Source of the DNA: Chrysomallon squamiferum
Taxonomy: Eukaryota > Animalia > Mollusca
Direction of reading: 5' to 3'
NCBI GenBank assembly: GCA_012295275.1
Contig: CM022665.1
Coordinates: forward strand, 14,012,001 to 14,076,000
DNA length: 64,000 bases
Below are positions 54,201 through 64,000 of the stretch, one piece after another; the stretch's first letter is position 1, and the number at the start of each line of letters is the position of its first letter. Both the position numbers and the translations under genes were made by a program. The notes under the pieces are model-generated. The model did not search any database, was not told where the DNA came from, and worked only from the letters and a program-made list of their open reading frames with translations.

Positions 54201-57200
54201 CTGGCAGTATGATCAAACAAAAAATCACCTGATTTAGAAAATCTTGTTCAGCAAGTCTCAAAAGTTGCACTGTGTTTGAATTAATTAAAGTAAAATTATA
54301 ATAGCTGAACAAAAATTTGTCTTTATAGTTGGATCAAAATAAAACATTTGCTTCAAAAATCTGCTTAGATGCTTCCAACAAAATCCTGAAAAAAAAGGTA
54401 CTTATACCATGTAAAATCTTATTTTATTTAAAAAATTCAATGGTCCACAAATCTCATAATCCTTCCCCTCCCATAATTTCATTATAAATACTGTAGTAGA
54501 TGTCAGCAGGTCATGAAATTATAAAACGCAATACATTTTTGTTTTTAGGCATTATTTAGACTAAAATTTAATAATTATTTACCCAAAAAATAATTATTAG
54601 AAATATTTTATTAGCTTGAGATTTCTTGTTTTTTCTGTATGTAAGTATGGCATGTATTTTGTGCACTTAGCTTGAACTCCTTTCAATTAAAAAATATATA
54701 CCACACTAACATACAAAAATTAATTTACAAACATGCACATAAACTGAAGGCAGCTTAAAACTGTACTTCATAATAAGATACAATCAAATCAAGTCAATTT
54801 TATGAGCGATCTTACTTGTTGATTTGATTGTAATTCTGTAAAGGGGGAAACAGAGAAAAGAAATGTTGGGATATGACTGACTGTGTTATGCTTGTTTAGT
54901 TCAATCAGATCAGATCAAATTAAAACTTGTTTTAAATAATCATCTTATAAGAATTTCATACATGAAATGGGGGGGACAAATTTTTTCTAATGCAAAACGC
55001 TCAAATATATAGCACTGCCATTAGAAAAAGCAAATCAGCCATGCACAGTGAGCTTAAATCAAATATCCTTTTCTTCATAGATATAAATATATTTTTATAT
55101 TTTAGATACGAGATGGTCTTAATGCCATACCAACAACAAACCGTGAAAAAAGAGACTGTCTAAAAATCCTCAGTCCCCAGCAACTTCATCAGCTTGTCAT
55201 TGGTAATATTCTAAATACTGAAATTATTATAAAGATAAAAAATAATAATTATTATGTATATTTATTATATAAATACAGTCACTTTGTGATTGGTAACATT
55301 CTTAACACTAAAATTATTATAAATATTAAAAATAATAATTATTATTATTATTAATATTCTAAAAAGTGAAGGACTGACTTTAAAATTGGCATCAATTTTG
55401 AATTGGACTTTGTATCAAATTATAAAATTGATTATTTTATAACTTATGACAACAAAGGCTTGATAACTGTTTTATTTCTTTTGTAGGACCACCAGTTATT
55501 GATTTTGGTAAAGTCTGTTTGAAATCCACAAATCAGAAAAATCTCAATATTGTCAACAACCTCAGTCAGTACATACATGTAGTTGCAGAGGTAAATTCTA
55601 AAGCTTTGTGTTTGTATTTCTGTGTGTTCCTGCATGTGTCTATATTTACAGGTTTCTTTGTATGCATGCAAGTATGTATTATATATGTTAGTTATGTTTC
55701 GATTTTATTTTAGATTGATTCTCGTGAACTAAGACAAAGCAGTCCATTGTCTCAAGTTGTTCCTCCAAAGTCAAAAGCTACAATCCCCATCCTCTTTGAG
55801 TCCAACACAAAAGGAAAGTTTCAGAGGTAAATATCTACACTCCATAACTATGTTAGAAAATAAAAATAAATCACTTTAAACGGTAATGGTAAAAAGTACT
55901 ATGACATGTAAAAACATCATCAGGTAAACATTTTACAGTATCAGACTGGGTTTATTATTTGATAAAACACAGTTTTTAAAAGTGGTGTGATAAAAACTGG
56001 TTTATATGATAATCAAGAAATATTTCATATAAACAGGTCAGTTATCTACACTGTGAATGGGTTCTACAGACACCATGTGACCATTGTGGCAGATGTTGTT
56101 CCAATATCTCTTGACCTCTCTACTGAAAATCTTATTCTTCATCCATGCCTTGGAATGCCTGCTGATGCTGGTATGTAGTTATGACTTACATTGTTAATGT
56201 GTGTATGTATACATAGACATACATACATACATACATATATACATACATATATGCATATTATATGCTTTTTTTTTTTTTTGTATTATTGTATATATCAAGG
56301 GATGTATTTCTGCTGTATAGAATTGGTGATTCTTGTTACTTGTTAATATTTGTGGGTTTTGTTTTTTTATAAAACTTAAAAATAAAAAAATAAAAATCAT
56401 GGATAGGTTTTGGTAAAATAGTAAAATTATTTGTATATATTAATGATCATTATCTTCAGATAATTATTGCTTACTGTCAACATGACAAGTATTATTAGCA
56501 TTATAATCATTATTATTCACATTATATTTATCATTATCACATTATTTTATTTGTTTATTTATTTACTTTGTTTACTAGGTTTTCGTGGAGTTGTCACTCT
56601 GTACAATCGCATGAACTACCAGGCAGAATTTACTTGGTCTCCAAACATTGAGGAGAAAGGGACAGCATTCTCCATACGACCAGCTACAGGTAATTTAAAT
56701 ACTGTTTAATTTTATATCTTCTATTAAATTTAAATAGATATTAAGTTTAGGTATAAAATGGTGGTATTTGTAATAACTGTAGGTAGAGTACTAGATTCTG
56801 ATACCAAGGATTTTAGTACAGTTGTTCTCACTTGTTTGTATTAATATTAACAGTTGGTTGCTATGAATAATATTATGTAGACTGATTCTTATGTTTGAGA
56901 GAGGAAACTATTTTTAGCTGGTATGTAGATACTTTTATATGTATCTGCCCATAGACAAAAAAGGAAAATATAACCTGTTGTGAATCAGATGTGAGGAATT
57001 TGCATTATTCAATTTTCTATTTTCACCTTCACCTACTTTCATTATTATAACAATTAGGTACATATATTTATTAATAACTATCAAAATACATTTGTTAATG
57101 AGAAAATTATTTCAATACATTTATTAAGCAATAAATATTATAAAAAGATGTTTTATCTTCTAGGTGTGGTGAATCCTTTCACAGATTTGGACTGTGAAGT

Positions 57201-58704
57201 TGTTTGGCATCCCTCATACATGGCTCCAGAAGATGGCTCATTTACTCTGATATGTCATGGAGGAAACACACTGCAGTTTCACTGTAAAGCAGTGGTATGT
57301 TACTCTTGAGTAAATCTATTGGTATCACAGTAACCAGATATAATTTCTGTTTTTTTTTTTTTTTTTTCATTTTTTATAGTGATCACTTCCAGGATAATTT
57401 TCGTACCATCTGCAAACATAATAAAGCTGACTTCTTATTATAAAAATGCTAAATGTGTCAGTGTTTTTAAATTTTAATTTTTTTCACAAATAAACTTAGA
57501 TGATAATGTTATTGTGTTTGCAGCTTGGACCAACAAGTGTGCAGTTTGTGGAGAGAAGAATTAGTTTTGGGACTGTACCAGTCAACTTGACAACTACAAG
57601 GACAGCAATGCTGAACAACACAGGACACAACCATGCTTATTTCCAGGTATTCATCTTTGCAATAGCATAATTGAAATTCTGATAATAAATTTTAATGGAT
57701 ACTGTATTCATGTGAAATGACTAGAGTTGATTTTTAATCCATATCACTTTTAACAAAAGCAATAGTCAAATGTAATATTATGCATGTTTGGCTACTAACT
57801 AATATACTTAGTGTGTGATAGATTAATTAATGGAATGTTAAAGCAGGTGCAGATTTGTTAAAAATAATTATATCAATCCCATGACTTCTATGAAAAATAA
57901 TTCATGAGATTATACCTATTCTAACTCATAATTCTGTGATTTGTTGTTAAGGACCAGGACATAATTAGTATTAATTAATACGGAATGTTTGAGAATTTAT
58001 AACTTCCGTTCATTTATTAAGGCAAAATTCATTGCAAAACATGTACAGAATTAATTTTTAGTACACTTAAAAAATCAAAATAAATTTTGTTGGTTTAAAT
58101 AAATGTATTAATAGTTCTATTGTTGGTTTTATTTGTTATTATTATACTTATATGTAATGTTGTTATTACAGTTGTGTTGTTTCTTTGCAGGTCTTGGATC
58201 CAAATCCATTCCCTGGTTTGACTGTAAGTCCAGTCCATGGCCTGGTCCCAGTTGGAGGTGATGCAGAACTGTACATTTCTCTAACTCCAGATGCTGTACT
58301 CAAATTTGACACAAACATTCAGGTGGCCATCAAAGGCTCCAGTACAATTGAACTAAGAATGGGAGGCACTGTGGAACCTCCATGTGTTGAGATTGATATA
58401 GTGAGGGATTATTTTACTTCGGTGGTGTTTTTGTTTTTGTAATATAACAGCATCAGGTTTTATCTCTTTATTTTTCACTTTCTGTATCTTCTGTTATTCA
58501 TCATAAAATGGTGTTTACATTTAAAAAGTTGTCTGCATATGAAATGATATCTAACACAAATCTAATTTTATGTGATAAAGTAATTGTATTTGTTACTATT
58601 TCAGCCTTCCTTCAACCTGGGTGGTGTGTACTGTGGTTCTGGATCAACCATACCTTTTCAACTCATTAACAAGGTAAATAATACCAAAACTCTGTTTCTC
58701 TTTT

Positions 58705-58752
<48 letters not shown>

Positions 58753-59352
58753 GTACTTAAATTTACTCATTATAGTTTAATAAAAAGGGATGTAGTTTAG
58801 CATAAAAACTCTTCTTTGAGAAGTGATGAATTGCAAGTCCTGTAAGTACATGCACTGATGTTTTCCTATTCCTGACAGAGCTCTATGAAATTTGTGTGAA
58901 AGAGTGTCCTATGTTCCTTCCCCATTCCTTTCTCATACTGAGTGAATGTGTAATATTTTAAACATTTTCTATTACTGTTTTACAAGTGTGTTTCTTTCTT
59001 TCTTTCTTTCTTTGACAGACTGGTACAAAAGCCAAAGTTGAATTTGATCTGGTTCGATACAAAGATTTCACACTGGCCTTTCCAGGTTTCCAAAACAATG
59101 GTTTGTGTTAATACTTTTTATTTTCATTAATCCATTCAGATTCTACAGAGTATTTGCAATGTCAGTGAATTATTGTATTTTCAAATTCTTTTAAGATAAA
59201 TAACTACTTAAAATAATAAAAAGCAACATGCATTAGCCATTTGTTCAGTATGAATTTCTTAAATTTTTGCCATAATTTACAAAGACATTTGCCTAGTACA
59301 GAAAATTCTAGTTAAATCCTCTGTTAATTTTAATTTTAATTTTAATTTTAAT

Positions 59353-59387
<35 letters not shown>

Positions 59388-62300
59388 TTTTAAATAAAAA
59401 TTATAATTTCAATCTAGTGTATAGAGAGTTGTACCTCTTTACAGTGTGTTACAAATTCAGTTACCCCAGGACATTTTTTTCTTTTCAAAACTATTTATCA
59501 TCTTTTTATTTTTTCAGATGACTTTGGCTATCAAATGCTGAACCCAGGGATGTACTCAGTAACTTTAGCACCTAAAGAGGTTGCACAAGGGGAGCTAACC
59601 TTTATGCCCACAGAGGTTTGTTTTGAAATAAAATTATGTCATATTCTACACTGTAATAAACTGTCAGTTTACATGAGTTACTAAGATGATTTTCTTTAAT
59701 TTATTTATAATTTTATTTATTTATTTATTTGTTTATTTATTATCGTCATCATCATTATTATTATTAATATAAATGAGTGTTTTAATAACTAAATAGCAAA
59801 GCAATTGGATGTTATACCAAAACACAAGAGATTAAATGTTTGTTACTTGTTTATAACACATAATTGCATAAAATACTTTATTTCAGGGTAATGCAAAAAT
59901 AAAAGGAAAAAAGGTACAAACAGATGTATTTTAAAAAAAGAAATAGCTCCTAATTATTTTTTACAACCTATTAAATTATTTATTTTTCTAGAATGAAAAG
60001 TTTGCTTTTTTTCCTGAAACATTTCAATTTGCCTAGCTCCTAATGTTTTCAATTTTATATATTAGAATAATATTTTTAGACTTAGTCTATTTCTAGATCT
60101 ACAAATTTTACTTGTATTTTTATAGTCATGGACAAGATAATTTAGTGGTATGTGCACAAAAATTATTTTGCAATTTATGTTTCTAAATATTCTTTTTACG
60201 GTCACAACTTTTTATATTATAATAATTGTAATTTTTGGTAAATTAATTTTTTTTTTTTCTATTAACAAATTATGTTAATTTTAAAAAATCACATTTGTAC
60301 TTATTAAGTTTCTTTGTCATAGAAAAATGTCATTTTGCTGAACATATTCAATAACTGTTTTCACTTAAGTATTTCTTTCTCTCATTTATTTATTTATTTA
60401 TTATTATTATTATAGTTGTTGTTGTTGTTTTATATTTTTTATGTTTTATATATGTGTTTTTTTGGGGGGGGTTAACTGAAAGAAATGAGTAACTTTTTTA
60501 ATATGTATCATAAAATATACTCCAGTAAAAAGCAAGTTCTGTTTCCATCACTGACAAAAAGAATTTTACATGACAAGTTATCCATTTACTTTTACATTTA
60601 TACGTGAACATACATACATAGTGAAAATGTGTTTGAAATAAGTTAAGGGTTTCTCTGTAAAACAAGCTGTATGTATCCTATAAAATATTAATATTTGTTT
60701 CTTGTTTATAGAACCACAGACTAACCAGCTACCTAGAAAGCTTACAAAATTTTTAGATTTTTCTTTTCTTTTACATTTATTCAGCTTATTGTTTCATTCA
60801 ATTTTAATTTTTAAATGTCCTTCCCTTTTTTTTTCTTTCTTTTTTTTTTTTTTTTTAAATACTTGTAAATTATTAACATTTAATTAGCAAAATGTAAAAA
60901 TACTTGCATTTATTATTCATCTAACAAGAAAAAGAAATATTTTTAAAATTTAGCATACACTATATTTTCTAACAAAATTTAGCATACACTATATTTTCTA
61001 ACAAAATTTTTATTATCTTAGTTATTATTATTATTTTTATTTATCTGTTTGTTTATTTTTTATGACCAAAAAAAATGTAAGCACAAAACCCCACCAAAAT
61101 GACAAATGAAACAATTTTCCAGATAATTAATGGGACTGAATATCATAAACTTCAATTTAGAAGAAAATGAAAAAGCAAATTTGATGTAGATTATTATATT
61201 TTTAAAAGTATTTTAGCAACTATTATTAACACTAAAAAAAGAAATATTTAAATTACTATAAATAAATATTAAAAATATAACTAAATTTTATACAAATTAT
61301 TGTATTTCTGAATTATTATAATATTTCATTATTTATGATCACTTAATTTCATTTTTCATTTTTCTTTTAATTACTGTTAATGTGGAATTGTTAATATTTG
61401 TTATAAACAAAAAGAAGATTAAAAATGTATTAAATATGATTATCAGTAGTTACTTAAGTTTTTCTTTCAATAATAATTTAAATATATTTACAGTGATTTT
61501 TATCATTTTCAAATCTCTGAAATGAAATAAATGATTGAAAATGCATTGTTATATGTTGCAGTTGTTAACTTTCAACAATATAATTTGTTTTAATTTGCAT
61601 TTAATTATATAAGAACATACATACGTCTTTTGTGTGGGCATTTGCATTAAGATTAATCCAGTTCTTAACATATTATTACAGAAATGTTCTGTTTTAATGA
61701 TTAGTTTGACAGAAATTAATATTTAGCTAAACTGTTTTAGGTGGCTGCCTATGACTTCATCATGCCTGTCATCATTAACCACATTGGAGCTCCCTCACCT
61801 GCTCCAACTCCATTTCCACCTACCCCAGCTCCGTCACAGAAGAACAGCCTACAGCATATCATCAACCCAAGACCACAGCCTGTCACCGTGGCAACACCTA
61901 GGAAACATGTCATTGCCACAGCCCTGAGACAGCCACTTCAGATGTCAACCAATCGTATTGAGTTTTCACTCCCCACTGGTTACAATAAAGTGGTTCAAGA
62001 CACTGGTGTTGGTCAAGCAAAAGTGAGTGGTCACTGTAGTTTTTGATATATTAACAAATTTATTGTAACAAAAAAAAAAATATCAAAGATCAGAACATTT
62101 TATATCACTGAGTAGTTGGTATGTAATGGAGAGAGATTTATAACTTTTAATTCTTCACAAATGTGTTTTTGTTAGTTTATAATTTTTTTTTTTTTTTTTT
62201 TTTACATTTTTTAAATTCATTTATTTGTTTGCCAGTCAGTTGCTGTAAATTTTGAAATATATTTGTTTCCTTTTTGTTTAGATATTTAAAATGTATATAT

Positions 62301-63523
62301 TTTTTTATTATCTAGCCCATCGTCCTGGTAAATAACAGTACAAAGAGTTTAATCTGGGGATTTGACCTGTCAAGACCATCACGAGCTCTCGATGAAGGAA
62401 TTATCAAGTTTATCCATCCTTCTGGTGTTCCATTCACACCACATTCAGACTGTCACTCCAAGGGCATTGAAGGACAGCTGGACCCTGGTCAGACTCAAGA
62501 AATATCAGTGGTGTTTTCTCCAAGTGAGTGACACTGTTATTTAATGTTACTAATTTAGCTGAAGGGTTTTCAGAATATTAATGTTATTTATTTTTATTTA
62601 ATCAGCCTTGAATATCTGCTGTTGTTAGTGATGAGTCACAATGATGTTGATTATTTGACTGATTGTTGTGATTATATTTATTTGATCAGATCAGCCTTGA
62701 AAATCTGTTATAAGTTGTGATAAATTAGGATCATGATGATAATGATTATATGTATTTTACCAGATCAGCCTGGCAAAGTGGAGTGTTTGATACCAATTGT
62801 GATAAATGATGAGTGGGAAAAACCCTATCAGTTTCTACAAGTGTTTGCTGAACTGAATGCACCAAAAATGTGGTTTGTGCCTCCTGCCATAGGACTTACT
62901 CCTTCCCCCCTGAAAACGGAAGTGTCGTGTGAATTCAGCATTCTGTTTTCACATTACAGAGAGTAAGTCTTGTTTTGTCGATAATATTATTTTTAATTTA
63001 ATTTTTAACAATTATTTTAAATAAATGATTAACTATATTACTGTCTCTTTATAAAATCTATGTATTTTCTTGCAGGACTCTTTTATTTAATGTATGCCAA
63101 ATCAAATAATCATAATGTTTTAGTGCTTGCTTATTTAAAAAATGTTTTAAATACATGGTCATGTTCATATATATGTTTGAGTCTAAGTTTTTATCTTGTT
63201 TATTTGTTTGCTGTTGTTTTTTGTTTTGTTTTCTACTAATTTCAAAAAAGAAAGCAAAAATAAAATCCTTATTATTTTTTTTTATTAAATTTATCAAATA
63301 CATTAAAAACAACAACAACAATGTTGTATGAATTTTTATAACTAGTTAATTTTTATTTTTGTAATTGAATTAACATCTATTTTCTTCTTCATCTTTTTGT
63401 TGTTGTTGTTATAGTTGTTCTTTATTATTAGACAAAGTACAGTGAGCTATGAGTTACCAGAAATTGAATGTGATGATGGCAGTAAGATTACTCCCCTTAG
63501 ACTTGTGTTTCCTACTGGACAAG
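45276..63523 (+). CDS. CFAP47: Cilia- and flagella-associated protein 47 (tandem ASH/Ig-like domains), first 28 exons; 3'-truncated by the window end
   Basis: Exons 45276-45428, 46483-46637, 47308-47515, 47937-47983, 48364-48592, 49088-49254, 49485-49609, 49954-50214, 50587-50745, 51279-51501, 51879-52031, 52777-52880, 53447-53529, 55106-55202, 55487-55590, 55714-55826, 56037-56170, 56579-56689, 57164-57294, 57524-57646, 58191-58400, 58605-58673, 59019-59100, 59518-59615, 61741-62022, 62316-62523, 62764-62962, 63432-63523 splice in frame. VDFGNAVANCKV, NNGPEPINFVAVLDEDAIGQELG, LTGTALPVLL, VAFPND and NYVDPDYAY match recalled vertebrate CFAP47. Confidence 0.9.
53765..53850 (+). mobile_element. 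Degenerate tRNA-derived SINE-like head
   Basis: GCGGAGCATTGGTTAAACCATCAGACTTAAAACTGATATGTACTGAGATCACATC resembles a decayed A-box to B-box tRNA-like head; not a foldable tRNA. Confidence 0.25.
55193..55343 (+). repeat. Tandem duplication (90-bp period) of the CFAP47 exon-14 donor region
   Basis: TTGTCATTGGTAATATTCTAAATACTGAAATTATTATAAA recurs as TTGTGATTGGTAACATTCTTAACACTAAAATTATTATAAA exactly 90 nt later. Confidence 0.75.
60945..61009. repeat. Perfect 29-bp tandem duplication (intronic)
   Basis: AAAATTTAGCATACACTATATTTTCTAAC twice plus a partial copy. Confidence 0.9.
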
Positions 63524-63975
63524 GTTAGTATTAAATATTTCAGTATGTTAAAAAAATGTTGTGTTTTTCCTTTCTAACTTTGTAGCTTCATTTATTTATT
63601 TATTTTATTTTATTTTATTTTATTTTATTTTATTTTATTTTTGTTTTTATTTTTATTTTTATTATTTTATTTTATTTTATTTTATTTATTTATGTTGTTT
63701 TTTTTTGTTTGTTTTTTGAGGATTTTATTATTGTTTTGGTTATTATTATTAACATCATTATTACTATTATTAATCTTTATAATGATAGTTTAGACTGTAG
63801 ACATTATTTCACAATCACAATTATTATTCTTATTATCAAAATCATTATTATTAATTGATTTATTTAAAGAATATGGAAGAAATGTTATTATGTAATAATT
63901 CCAAATCATTTTAATAAAAAATTACCCTTGAATTATTAATTTCATTAGATGATATCTAGTGTATGGTAAATGCAG

Positions 63976-64000
63976 CACACACACACACACACACACACAC
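63976..64000. repeat. (CA)n microsatellite at the window end
   Basis: Dinucleotide run read directly. Confidence 0.9.

Noticed and set aside
1-64000. CRISPR arrays, rRNA, tRNA, prokaryotic operons, U12-type introns
   Set aside because: Eukaryotic spliced genes throughout; no repeat-spacer array or cloverleaf seen; all traced introns are GT-AG without the GTATCCT donor.

Overview
AT-rich, intron-rich animal genomic DNA (invertebrate; a mollusc is plausible but not proven). Manual splicing gives six conserved protein-coding genes, all with GT-AG introns: PSMB4 (+, 7 exons), CSTF3/CstF-77 (+, 21 exons), TAF13 (-, 4 exons), COX17 (+, 2 coding exons), DNAJB13 (-, 7 exons) and the first 28 exons of CFAP47 (+, runs off the window). 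TAF13/COX17 and DNAJB13/CFAP47 are head-to-head pairs. Mobile DNA includes a Sola2-like element with 570/600-bp TIRs, an older scrambled relative, a decayed MULE in PSMB4 intron 1, and MITE- and SINE-like remnants. The most interesting signals are a 7.4-kb CSTF3 intron 3 with a weak donor overlapping AATAAA plus downstream poly(A)-like cassettes (candidate autoregulation by intronic polyadenylation), and a compact shared promoter with RFX/forkhead-like sites between two motile-cilia genes. Gene names come from recalled protein similarity, not from database searches. No wholly new system could be demonstrated from sequence alone.
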